From the sequence record SRR31156797_10525: DNA of 42,487 nucleotides, one strand, 5' to 3'. The translations under genes and the position numbers were made by a program. Below, piece by piece: positions 29,010 through 38,305 of the stretch. The notes under the pieces were generated by a model. The model was not told where the DNA came from and did not search any database. It worked only from the letters and a program-made list of their open reading frames with translations. The first letter of the stretch is position 1. Each line of letters begins with the position of its first letter.

Positions 29010-29846
29010 TTATTTCAACTCATTTGGCTGACGAGTATCCATATCTGTATAATCCAGATTTTCACCTGCCATACCCCAAATAAAGATATAATTAGAAGTA
29101 CCTGCTGCACTGTGAATACTCCATGATGGAGACAATACTGCTTCTTCGTTTTTCATCCAGATATGACGAGTTTCATCTGGCTCTCCCATAAAGTGACATA
29201 CTGCCTGACTTTCCGGAACTTCGAAATAGAAATAAGCTTCCATTCTGCGTGCATGTGTATGCGCCGGCATAGTATTCCAAACACTACCTGGCTTTAGCTC
29301 AGTCATACCCATTTGTAATTGACAAGTTTCAATTACTTCTTTTACAATCAACTGGTTAATCTGACGCTCATTTGAAGTTTCTAAACTACCGAGCTGCAGA
29401 ACGTTAGCATCTTTTAATGTAACGTGCTTAGAAGGAAGTTCTTTATGAGCTGGTGCTGAGTTAATATACAAATGAGCTGGTTTTGATGCATCAACTGATT
29501 CAAAAACAACATCTTTAACTCCTCTACCTAAATATAAAGCCTCTTTATATTGAAGTACATACTCAGTTCCGTCTGCTACTATTTTAGCATCTCCTCCTAC
29601 ATTAATAATACCCATCTCACGACGTTGCAAGAAATACTCTGCTTTTAGCTCATCGTGTGGCTCTAATTTGATAGGTGTACTTGTTGGTACAATTCCTCCT
29701 ACAATATATCTATCATAAAAAGAATAAACCATATTTACTTCTCCTGGAACCATTAAGTTCTCCACTAAAAACTCTTTACGAATACGTGTTGTATCGTAAC
29801 TTTTCATGTCTTCCGGATGTACGGCATACCTAATTTCAAAATTCAT
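29010..29846 (-). CDS. kduI: 5-dehydro-4-deoxy-D-glucuronate isomerase
   Basis: RREMGIINVGG, CQLQMGMTEL, WNTMPAHTHARRMEAYFYF, SPSWSIHS, WGMAGEN. Confidence 0.97.
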   Translation of the reverse strand: MNFEIRYAVHPEDMKSYDTTRIRKEFLVENLMVPGEVNMVYSFYDRYIVGGIVPTSTPIKLEPHDELKAEYFLQRREMGIINVGGDAKIVADGTEYVLQYKEALYLGRGVKDVVFESVDASKPAHLYINSAPAHKELPSKHVTLKDANVLQLGSLETSNERQINQLIVKEVIETCQLQMGMTELKPGSVWNTMPAHTHARRMEAYFYFEVPESQAVCHFMGEPDETRHIWMKNEEAVLSPSWSIHSAAGTSNYIFIWGMAGENLDYTDMDTRQPNELK

Positions 29847-29882
29847 AGCTCTGTTGTTTTAAATATTAATTTTCTAAAATTA

Positions 29883-30893
29883 TTAATCGTTTTTCCAGGA
29901 GGAATCCCTCACAATTAACCTTGTAGGAATAACTTCCTCCTCTTCTGTATATTTTCCTTCCAGACTTTTAATCATGGCTGTTGCTGCCCTTGTTCCTATT
30001 TCAAAAGCATTTTGCTCAACTGTAGTTAATGTAGGATGAATTAATTCAGAAAATGGTTCATTAGCAAAACCTACGACACCAAATTCTTCCGGTACTTTTA
30101 CATTTAACTCTTTTAATCCATCTAACACACCTAAAGCAGCATAATCACCTGCGCAAAAAACAGCATCTGGTCTTTCCTCTTTTTTAAGCGCTCTTAAAAT
30201 CGTATGATAACCAGCTTCACGTGTAATCACATTTTTAAATATAATTTCCTGATCTAATTCAATACCTTCCTCATCCAATGCCTTTAAATACCCCTGATAT
30301 CTTTCGCGATATGCCTCCAATTCAGTAGCTCCGGCGAGATGTCCAATTTTTATATAACCCGCTTTTATTAAATGTTTGGTAGCCAGATAAGCTCCATTAA
30401 AATTATCATTTAAAACGCGAGAACACTGTATATTTGGATTTACACGATCGAACTGAACCAACGGAATACCTCTGCTCACCACTTTATTTAAATGATCATA
30501 ATCATTAGTTTGCACAGACAGAGAAATTATAATCCCACCCACATGGTTGGCCATTAGCATATCAATCGCTTTTTGTTCTTTTAGATAGCTCTCTCCACTT
30601 TGTGCTATAACTAATGTATAACCTGCCGGGTTTAATATTTCCTCAACACCACTGATAACATTACTAAAAAAATGACGATTGATACGAGGAACTACCATAC
30701 CAATGGTATCGCTTTTCCCCTTTCGTAACGAAGCAGCAATTACATTTTGCCGATATCCCATCTCTTTGGCTTTTTGCGTCACAAGCTCCCTGGTTTTTAG
30801 GCTAACCCTGGTATTTCCGGCCAATGCTCTCGAAACAGTTGAAGGAGTTACTCCTGTTTCCCGGGCAATATCGCTTATCGTTACTCTTTTCAT
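29883..30893 (-). CDS. LacI-family transcriptional regulator (KdgR-like by context)
   Basis: HTH TISDIARETGVTPSTVSRAL, hinge helix AASL, sugar-binding fold ending LTTVEQ...LIVRDSS. Confidence 0.93.
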   Translation of the reverse strand: MKRVTISDIARETGVTPSTVSRALAGNTRVSLKTRELVTQKAKEMGYRQNVIAASLRKGKSDTIGMVVPRINRHFFSNVISGVEEILNPAGYTLVIAQSGESYLKEQKAIDMLMANHVGGIIISLSVQTNDYDHLNKVVSRGIPLVQFDRVNPNIQCSRVLNDNFNGAYLATKHLIKAGYIKIGHLAGATELEAYRERYQGYLKALDEEGIELDQEIIFKNVITREAGYHTILRALKKEERPDAVFCAGDYAALGVLDGLKELNVKVPEEFGVVGFANEPFSELIHPTLTTVEQNAFEIGTRAATAMIKSLEGKYTEEEEVIPTRLIVRDSSWKND

Positions 30894-30913
30894 TTAAAAT
30901 TTAATTATCATCA

Positions 30914-30944
30914 CAAAAATACAAACGTTTGCACAAAAAGCAAT
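30914..30944 (-). promoter_or_regulatory. Promoter of LacI-kduI with overlapping LacI operator
   Basis: Minus-strand TATTTTTG (30914-30921) and ATTG 19 nt upstream. Palindrome TACAAACGTTTGCA at 30920-30933. Confidence 0.7.
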
Positions 30945-31105
30945 CAACACTCAAACATTTTTATAAAAATATTAGCAAAGCAATCACATCCATCCCCTTA
31001 AAACAGCATGCTCACAACCCACCCTACTACACCCCTAATAACTATATATCTGTACATTACAAAAAAATAAACTTAACTCTATTCAAAAATTAAAATGTTA
31101 AAAAA

Positions 31106-31148
31106 TTTGGAAGCTTAAAAAAATGATGTACTTTCGTGTTCGTTAACG
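31106..31148 (+). promoter_or_regulatory. kdgK operon promoter followed by a second type of LacI-like operator
   Basis: TTTG (31106-31109), 19-nt spacer, TACTTTCG (31129-31136). CGTGTTCGTTAACG (31135-31148) fits CGT-n3-CG-n3-ACG. Confidence 0.6.
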
Positions 31149-31280
31149 GTTTGTTATAATCTTTTATTTTATCTGAAACCGAAAAAAATTAACCACACGA
31201 AATTCATTGAGACTTAACCAATAAACGCTGAGTAGAATATTTTAATTCGTAAACAATTTAATTTTTAATGTATATATACC

Positions 31281-32318
31281 ATGGCTAAAAAAGTAGTAAC
31301 CTTTGGAGAAATCATGCTCCGTTTTGCAACACCTCAGTACCAACGCTTCTCGCAAGCATCAGAATATAAAGCTTCTTATGGTGGTGGTGAAGCGAACGTT
31401 GCTGTTTCATTGGCAAACTATGGAATTGACGTTTCTTTTGTAACTCGTTTACCTCAAAACGATATTGCAAAAGCTTGTGAAATGGAATTAAAAAAGTATT
31501 CCGTTAAAACTGATGACATTGTTTATGGAGGTGATCGTTTAGGTACTTACTATCTGGAAACAGGAGCTGTTGCCAGAGCAAGTAAAGTGGTTTATGATAG
31601 AGCTTATTCCGCTTTTTCTGAGATTAAACCAGGAATGGTAGACTGGGATGAAGTATTAAAAGACGCTGATTTCTTTCACTGGACAGGAATTACCCCTGCT
31701 GTTTCTCAAGGAGCTGCTGATGCATGTCTTGAAGCTATTAAAACAGCAAACAAACTAGGTGTTACTGTTTCTACAGATTTAAACTATCGTAAAAATCTTT
31801 GGAAATACGGAAAAACAGCTAATGATGTAATGCCTGAATTAGTAGCAGGTTGCGACATTGTTTTGGGTAACGAAGAGGATGCTGCAATGGTTTTGGGTAT
31901 TCATCCTGAAGGTGTGGATGTAACTGACGGACATGTAGAAGCTGAAGCTTACCTAAGTGTTTCGGAACAAATCATGGCTAAATTCCCAAGAGTTAAAAAA
32001 GTAATCACTACGCTACGTGGTTCTATCAACGCTAACCACAATTCATGGTCGGGAGTTTTATACGACGGAAAAACATTATTCCAGGCACCTACTTTCCAAA
32101 TTACACATATTGTTGACCGTGTAGGAGGTGGAGACTCATTTATGGGTGGTTTAATTTATGGATTATTGACATACGAAGGAGACGACCAAAGTGCATTGAA
32201 CTTTGCTACAGCAGCGTCATGCTTAAAGCATACTATACATGGAGACTACAACCTTGTAACTGTTGAAGAGGTTGAGAAACTAATGGGTGGTGATTCATCT
32301 GGTCGTGTATCAAGATAG
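31281..32318 (+). CDS. kdgK: 2-dehydro-3-deoxygluconokinase (PfkB family)
   Basis: FGEIMLR, GGGEANVA, DLNYR, NEED, DRVGGGDSF; adjacent to eda. Confidence 0.93.
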   Translation: MAKKVVTFGEIMLRFATPQYQRFSQASEYKASYGGGEANVAVSLANYGIDVSFVTRLPQNDIAKACEMELKKYSVKTDDIVYGGDRLGTYYLETGAVARASKVVYDRAYSAFSEIKPGMVDWDEVLKDADFFHWTGITPAVSQGAADACLEAIKTANKLGVTVSTDLNYRKNLWKYGKTANDVMPELVAGCDIVLGNEEDAAMVLGIHPEGVDVTDGHVEAEAYLSVSEQIMAKFPRVKKVITTLRGSINANHNSWSGVLYDGKTLFQAPTFQITHIVDRVGGGDSFMGGLIYGLLTYEGDDQSALNFATAASCLKHTIHGDYNLVTVEEVEKLMGGDSSGRVSR

Positions 32319-32385
32319 TAGAAACAACAGTTTTCCGAAAAATAAGAGCGTGCGATAAAAAAACGTGATTAATTTGTATATGAAT

Positions 32386-32664
32386 ATCGATTGCAGGTCG
32401 ATTTAATATAGTTTTTGAAGAAAGTTTTAGAGATGGATTTTACTAGGTTAACGAACCAGTAAAATCCATATACACTTTGATCACCTTTTTTATATAAAGC
32501 AGATACCAATCGTTATCAGGTTTATTTTAGAAGCAGCTTTTGAGTTTACAACTTTAAAGGATGATAGATTGTCAGAGTTTAAAAAGTCTTTCGGGCAAAA
32601 AAGATTTTCATCAACACCTCTGGGGGTAGAAAAAGCAATTCAAAGCAATCTATCATCTCTTTTT
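32386..32664 (+). other. Structured intergenic region (several stems) between kdgK and kdgA
   Basis: Stems 32386-32391/32397-32402, 32433-32444/32458-32469 (perfect 12 bp), and 32560-32571/32646-32657 (perfect 12 bp) enclosing 32583-32591/32600-32608. Confidence 0.55.
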
Positions 32665-32677
32665 AACAAATAAAATA

Positions 32678-33349
32678 ATGGCTAAATATTCAAGATTAGA
32701 AGTTTTTCAGGCAATGAAAGAGACTGGTGTAGTACCTGTTTTTTTTCATAAAGATATAGAGGTTTGTAAAGCCGTATTAAAATCATGTTACGATGGTGGA
32801 ATACGTGTTTTTGAGTTTGTAAATCGTGGTGATTTTGCACATGAAGTTTTTGGTGAGCTAAACAAGTACGCGATTGAAAACCTACCGGGTATGGTACTAG
32901 GTGCCGGTTCTATTGTAGAAGAAGGAACAACAGCACTTTATATTCAATTAGGAGCCAACTTTATTGTTTCTCCGTTATTGAATGAGAACATGGCAAAGGT
33001 TTGTAACCGTCGCAAAGTAATGTGGTCGCCAGGATGTGGAACCATTTCTGAAATTAACAAAGCACAAGAATTAGGTGCAGAAGTAGTGAAAGTATTCCCT
33101 GCGTCTGAAGTTGGTGGTCCTTCGTTTGTAAAAGCGGTAAAAGCACCAATGCCTTGGACCGACATTATGCCAACAGGAGGTGTGGATACATCTAAAGAAA
33201 ACCTTGAAAAATGGTTTGAGGCAGGTGTTACTTGCGTTGGAATGGGTTCAAAACTATTCCCTAAAGATATAATGGCTAACAAAGATTGGGATGCACTTAC
33301 TGAAGTGGTTAAAGAATTAATGGCCAATATCGAAGCAGTTAGAAAATAA
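32678..33349 (+). CDS. eda: KDPG/KHG aldolase
   Basis: VFEFVNR, GAGS, GANFIVSP, PGCGT, VKVFPA, IMPTGGV. Confidence 0.95.
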   Translation: MAKYSRLEVFQAMKETGVVPVFFHKDIEVCKAVLKSCYDGGIRVFEFVNRGDFAHEVFGELNKYAIENLPGMVLGAGSIVEEGTTALYIQLGANFIVSPLLNENMAKVCNRRKVMWSPGCGTISEINKAQELGAEVVKVFPASEVGGPSFVKAVKAPMPWTDIMPTGGVDTSKENLEKWFEAGVTCVGMGSKLFPKDIMANKDWDALTEVVKELMANIEAVRK

Positions 33350-33371
33350 TTTTCAATGAAAATATATAAGT

Positions 33372-33399
33372 CAAAAGAGGTTATTCTCAACCTCTTTTG
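33372..33399 (+). terminator. Intercistronic hairpin between eda and uxuB
   Basis: CAAAAGAGGTT / AACCTCTTTTG perfect 11-bp stem. Confidence 0.6.
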
Positions 33400-33438
33400 T
33401 ACCTTATTCTTCTAATTTTCTTCAAATAAACACGCGTA

Positions 33439-34281
33439 ATGGTTTCATTAAATTTAAAAGATAAAGTTGCTGTTATAACCGGAGGTGGTGGTGTATTATG
33501 TTCCACTATCGCCAAGGCTTTAGCATCTCAAGGTGTTAAAACAGCCATCCTCGATTTAGATTTGGAGGCTGCTCAAAAAGTAGCCAGAGATATTGGAGAA
33601 CAATTTAATGTTCCTTCCATTGGAATTGAAACGAATGTATTGGATAAATCCTCACTGCAGGATTCTCTAAAAACCATTCATGACAATCTAGGAACAGTCG
33701 ATTATCTGATTAATGGAGCCGGAGGTAATGCAGCCTCTGCCACAACTAAAGCTGAGTTTCTGACGGAAGATCTGATGGATCATCTGGATGAAACTTTTTT
33801 TGGTTTACAGATGGAAGGTTTTGATAAGGTCTTTGCTTTAAACTTTCAGGGAACATTGCTTCCTTCAATGGTTTTTGCAAAGGATATGCTCTCCAAAAAA
33901 AAGGGAGCAATCATCAATGTATCATCTATGAATTCATATACGCCATTAACAAAAATACCTGCATATTCAGCAGCTAAAGCAGCCATTAATAATTTTACGC
34001 AATGGCTGGCTGTTCATTTTGCCAAAACAGGTATACGTGTTAATGCCATCGCTCCCGGATTTTTATTAACCAATCAAAACCGTTTTTTACTGGTTGATGA
34101 ACAAACAGGAAAAGCGACTGCGAGAGGTGAAAAAATAATCAGAAATACACCAATGGAACGCTATGGAGAACCTGAAGAATTATCCGGAACCATTTTATAC
34201 TTGCTATCCGATTGGTCGAATTTTGTAAGTGGAGTGGTTATACCTGTAGATGGCGGTTTTAGTGCCTACTCTGGAGTGTAA
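33439..34281 (+). CDS. uxuB: D-mannonate oxidoreductase (SDR-type fructuronate reductase)
   Basis: TGGGGVL, INGAGGN, PLTKIPAYSAAK, FTQWLAVH, APGFLLTNQNR; immediately upstream of uxuA. Confidence 0.85.
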   Translation: MVSLNLKDKVAVITGGGGVLCSTIAKALASQGVKTAILDLDLEAAQKVARDIGEQFNVPSIGIETNVLDKSSLQDSLKTIHDNLGTVDYLINGAGGNAASATTKAEFLTEDLMDHLDETFFGLQMEGFDKVFALNFQGTLLPSMVFAKDMLSKKKGAIINVSSMNSYTPLTKIPAYSAAKAAINNFTQWLAVHFAKTGIRVNAIAPGFLLTNQNRFLLVDEQTGKATARGEKIIRNTPMERYGEPEELSGTILYLLSDWSNFVSGVVIPVDGGFSAYSGV

Positions 34282-34353
34282 GGAAATTGAATTCATTGCT
34301 GACAGATAAACAACAAAATAATTGGCTTACAGCCTATAGCTAAGAGAAAAAGT

Positions 34354-35544
34354 ATGATAGAACAAACTTGGCGCTGGTATGGTCCAGGAGATCGAATCAC
34401 TTTAAACGATATCAAACAAACAGGTGCAACTGGTATTGTAACTGCTCTTCATCATATTCCTAACGGAGAAGTTTGGACAGTTGAAGAAATCATGGTTCGT
34501 AAAAACATGATTGAAGAAGTCGGATTAAGCTGGTCTGTTGTAGAAAGTGTTCCGGTTCATGAAGATATCAAGAAACAAAGTGGTGCGTGGAAAACATACA
34601 TTTCAAATTATCAGGAATCTATTAAAAACCTGGGAAAATGTGGTATCCAAACAGTTTGTTATAATTTCATGCCTGTACTGGATTGGTCAAGAACAGAATT
34701 AAATCATGCATTTACAGATGGTTCACTGGCATTAATCTATCAGCAAAAGGTATTCGCAGCATTCGACTTATTTATTTTAAAAAGAAAAGGTGCCGAAAAC
34801 GATTACTCAGATAAAATAATAAAAGAAGCAACATCATACTTTGAAAGTTTAGATACTGTAGGAATTGAAAAATTAACGAATACAGTTATCAAAGGACTTC
34901 CTGGTGCCGAAGAAAGCTATACGCTTGAGCAGTTTCAGGCCGTGTTGGATGGCTATGCCGGCATTGATAATGCGACATTAAAAAAGCATTTGGAGGACTT
35001 TTTAAAGGCTATTGTACCAGTTGCAGAAGATTCTGGAGTAAGAATGGCAATTCACCCGGATGATCCACCATGGGGTTTGCTAGGCTTACCACGTGTAGTC
35101 AGTACCATTGATGATGCAAAAAGTATAATCAAGACTGTTGATTCTGTGGCAAATGGAGTTACACTTTGTACTGGTTCGTGGGGTGCGGGTTATTTTAATG
35201 ATTTATCTGTAATGGCCAAAGAGCTATCACACAGAATAAATTTTGCACATTTGCGTAATGTTAAAAGAGATACTGATTACAATTTTAATGAAGATTACCT
35301 TTTTGAAGGGGATGTAGATATTTACAGTGTATTGCGCACTATTATTGAAGAAGAGGAAAATCGCAAAAAAGAAGGTCGAGCCGATTTTAGTATTCCTGTT
35401 AGACCAGACCATGGAAACCAAATGCTTGGTGACATTGGACAGGATAACAATCCAGGATATTCTCTATACGGAAGAATGAAAGGCTTAGCCGAAATAAGAG
35501 GATTGGAATTAGGAATTAGAAGAAGTATTTTAGAAAAAATATAA
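34354..35544 (+). CDS. uxuA: Mannonate dehydratase
   Basis: TWRWYG, VESVPVHEDIK, CYNFMPVLDWSRT, IHPDDPP, RPDHG. Confidence 0.97.
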   Translation: MIEQTWRWYGPGDRITLNDIKQTGATGIVTALHHIPNGEVWTVEEIMVRKNMIEEVGLSWSVVESVPVHEDIKKQSGAWKTYISNYQESIKNLGKCGIQTVCYNFMPVLDWSRTELNHAFTDGSLALIYQQKVFAAFDLFILKRKGAENDYSDKIIKEATSYFESLDTVGIEKLTNTVIKGLPGAEESYTLEQFQAVLDGYAGIDNATLKKHLEDFLKAIVPVAEDSGVRMAIHPDDPPWGLLGLPRVVSTIDDAKSIIKTVDSVANGVTLCTGSWGAGYFNDLSVMAKELSHRINFAHLRNVKRDTDYNFNEDYLFEGDVDIYSVLRTIIEEEENRKKEGRADFSIPVRPDHGNQMLGDIGQDNNPGYSLYGRMKGLAEIRGLELGIRRSILEKI

Positions 35545-35578
35545 TTATTTATTATTTATAATCTATAAAAGAGAAATA

Positions 35579-37042
35579 ATGTCTACTAGTAAAATTAAAG
35601 AAAACATGACGAAGTACAGATGGGCAATTTGTTCGTTATTGTTTTTCGCAACAACAATTAACTACATGGACCGTCAGGTTCTATCTTTAACGTGGAAGGA
35701 CTTTATTGCGCCGGAATTCCACTGGACTGATTCCGATTATGGTAACATTACAGCACTATTCTCCATTTTTTATGCTGTTGGATTACTTGTAGCTGGAAAA
35801 TTCGTGGATTGGATGGACACTAAAAAAGGATTCCTTTGGGCTATTGGAGTATGGTCTGTAGGTGCTGTTCTTCACGCATTTTGTGGAATTGCAACATCAG
35901 GTATCGTAGCTGGAGAATGGTTCGTTGGTTTTGAAGGAGCTCTGCATGCCATTGAAAAAGTTGGTGATGTTGGCGCAATTGTAAGTGTCAGTGTAACTTT
36001 ATTTGTTCTGGCACGATTTGTATTAGCCATTGGAGAGGCAGGTAACTTCCCTGCAGCAATCAAAACTACTGCAGAATACTTCCCTAAAAAGGACAGAGCT
36101 TATGCTACAAGTATTTTTAATGCCGGTGCTACTGTTGGTGCCTTAGGAGCTCCTCTTACTATTCCTGTAATTGCGCACTATTATGGATGGGAAATGGCGT
36201 TTGTACTAATTGGTGCATTAGGTTTTATCTGGATGGGCTTTTGGGTATTTATGTATAAGAAACCTCATGAACATCCAAAAGTAAATCAAGCTGAGTTAGA
36301 CTACATTAACCAGGATGAGATTGCCGATAAAAAACTGGCAGAAGAAAATGGTGAAGCTGGAGAAGGTGACGTAAAAATTGGATTTTGGAAAAGTTTCTCA
36401 TACAAGCAAACATGGGCTTTTATTGTTGGTAAGTTCATGACTGATGGTGTATGGTGGTTCTATTTATTCTGGACTCCTGCTTATATTAGTGATGTATATG
36501 GATTAAGTTCAGATAACACCATGTCACAAATTTTATTATTTGTTCTTTATGCTATCACGTTATTATCTATTATCGGAGGTTGGTTACCAACCTATTTTGT
36601 AGATAAAAAAGGAATGAATCCATATGCAGGTCGTATGAAATCGATGTTGATTTTTGCATTCTTCCCACTATTAGCATTATTAGCTCAGCCATTAGGTGCT
36701 TATTCTTATTGGTTCCCAATTATCATTATAGGTATTGCCGGAGCTGCGCACCAAGCATGGTCTGCTAATATTTTCTCAACTATTGGAGATATGTTCCCAA
36801 AATCATCCATTGCTACAATTACAGGTATTGGTGGTATGGCAGGAGGTATTGGTTCTGCATTTATTAATAAAGGTTCTGGTCTTTTATTTGACTATGCAGA
36901 TGCTACAGGTATGAAGCTATTTGGATTTGTTGGTAAGCCTTCAGGATATTTAATTATCTTCTCTATTTGTGCAGTTGCATATTTAGTTGGTTGGATTATT
37001 ATGAAAACATTAGTTCCTCACTATAAACCAATCAAAGCTTAA
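35579..37042 (+). CDS. exuT: MFS hexuronate transporter
   Basis: RWAICSLLFFATTINYMDRQ, EAGNFPAAIK, AHQAWSAN; about 12 TM segments. Confidence 0.9.
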   Translation: MSTSKIKENMTKYRWAICSLLFFATTINYMDRQVLSLTWKDFIAPEFHWTDSDYGNITALFSIFYAVGLLVAGKFVDWMDTKKGFLWAIGVWSVGAVLHAFCGIATSGIVAGEWFVGFEGALHAIEKVGDVGAIVSVSVTLFVLARFVLAIGEAGNFPAAIKTTAEYFPKKDRAYATSIFNAGATVGALGAPLTIPVIAHYYGWEMAFVLIGALGFIWMGFWVFMYKKPHEHPKVNQAELDYINQDEIADKKLAEENGEAGEGDVKIGFWKSFSYKQTWAFIVGKFMTDGVWWFYLFWTPAYISDVYGLSSDNTMSQILLFVLYAITLLSIIGGWLPTYFVDKKGMNPYAGRMKSMLIFAFFPLLALLAQPLGAYSYWFPIIIIGIAGAAHQAWSANIFSTIGDMFPKSSIATITGIGGMAGGIGSAFINKGSGLLFDYADATGMKLFGFVGKPSGYLIIFSICAVAYLVGWIIMKTLVPHYKPIKA

Positions 37043-37053
37043 AAAAATAATCA

Positions 37054-37090
37054 TACTTTTGCAGGCCTGATTCACTTCTGGATCAGGCCT
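37054..37090 (+). promoter_or_regulatory. -7 promoter box for the downstream LacI gene, overlapping a hairpin after exuT
   Basis: TACTTTTG at 37054-37061; stem AGGCCTGATTC / GGATCAGGCCT at 37063-37090. Confidence 0.55.
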
Positions 37091-37121
37091 ACTATTTTAA
37101 AATCAAAAATCAAATTGGCAC

Positions 37122-38174
37122 ATGCCTGTAAAAAGGACTCGAATAAAAGACATTGCAGAAAAAGCAGGGGTATCTATTGGTACCGTTGACAGGGTGCTAC
37201 ATAATCGAGGTGAAGTAAAAGCGGCTACTAAAGAAAAGGTATTAGCCATAGCAGAAAAACTACATTATACCCCAAATGTAGCAGCGCAGGCTCTAAAATC
37301 TCCTACAACATACAAAATTGGAATTTTGATTCCTCTTGCCAAAAACGATAACCTGTTCTGGAGCAAACACCCATTAGGGATAGAGCATGGTACTGATGCT
37401 GTCTACCCATTCGTGGTTAAATCCAAATTCTTTTATTTTGACATGCATAATGCGGCCGATTTTATGCAAAAAGCAGCTGCTCTTGTGGAATGGCAACCTG
37501 ATGGAGTGATCATGGCGCCTATATTGAAAAATGAGTCGGTTGAACTGACCATTAAGCTGGATCAACTTCAGGTTCCTTATGTATTTATTGATACACATAT
37601 TGAGAATACTAACTGCTTAACCTTTGTGGGTGAAGATGCTTATCAGGCGGGAAGAGTCGCAGCTAGTTTAATTGACAGCAGTGTTTCTACAGTTAAAGAT
37701 GTGCTCATTGTAAACCTGGCTAAAAACCTGGAAAACACGCACCACCTTAATCTGCGTAATCAGGGATTCATGAGTTACTTTATGGATGTAGGCAGAAACT
37801 CCGGCTTAAAAATAAGTATTGAGATACCCGATGCCGATCCTGCTGTGGTGAAGGAAAAACTGGATCAGGTTTTCCAAAATAATCCAAGTATTGGAGGTGT
37901 AATGGTTTCCAGTTCTAAAACTTATATGATTGCTGATTATCTGCAGAAAAACAATACGTCTAATTTATTTCTGGTTGGTTTTGAGGTTTTTGGTAAAAAC
38001 ACCCACTTTCTGCAGCAACGTGTTATCAACTTTTTGGTGAGTCAGCGTCCGGTGGAACAAGCTGAGAAAACTTTTAAACGCCTGTTCGACTATTTAGCGC
38101 ACAATGCCATTCCCGAAAAAAAAGAGTATCAACCTATTGATATTATAAATGCTGAGAATATGGGGCTTTTATAG
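37122..38174 (+). CDS. LacI-family transcriptional regulator (UxuR/UxaR-like by context)
   Basis: RIKDIAEKAGVSIGTVDRVLHNRG HTH, YTPNVAAQAL hinge, periplasmic-binding-protein-like C-terminus. Confidence 0.93.
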   Translation: MPVKRTRIKDIAEKAGVSIGTVDRVLHNRGEVKAATKEKVLAIAEKLHYTPNVAAQALKSPTTYKIGILIPLAKNDNLFWSKHPLGIEHGTDAVYPFVVKSKFFYFDMHNAADFMQKAAALVEWQPDGVIMAPILKNESVELTIKLDQLQVPYVFIDTHIENTNCLTFVGEDAYQAGRVAASLIDSSVSTVKDVLIVNLAKNLENTHHLNLRNQGFMSYFMDVGRNSGLKISIEIPDADPAVVKEKLDQVFQNNPSIGGVMVSSSKTYMIADYLQKNNTSNLFLVGFEVFGKNTHFLQQRVINFLVSQRPVEQAEKTFKRLFDYLAHNAIPEKKEYQPIDIINAENMGLL

Positions 38175-38305
38175 CTCCTAAAGTCAATCTCAATAAGTGA
38201 ACAAACATTCGACCAATTCTTACACAATCCCTAAAAATGGATTAACACCTAACCTTTAGAATACATATAGCGTAGTGAACTCATTAATTAAGTAAACTAT
38301 ACTGT

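Noticed and set aside
30994..31035. Four G-runs on the minus strand (possible G-quadruplex) upstream of the LacI gene
   Set aside because: One loop is about 20 nt and the tract lies upstream of the predicted promoter; weak evidence.
32350..32354. GTGCG (group II intron 5' end) in the kdgK-kdgA spacer
   Set aside because: No domain V/VI consensus and no RT ORF; the region is too short.
38201..38231. Possible 21-bp-spaced direct repeat upstream of the T9SS cargo gene
   Set aside because: ACAAACATTC versus ACACAATCCC is too weak a match, and there is no clear -7 box.
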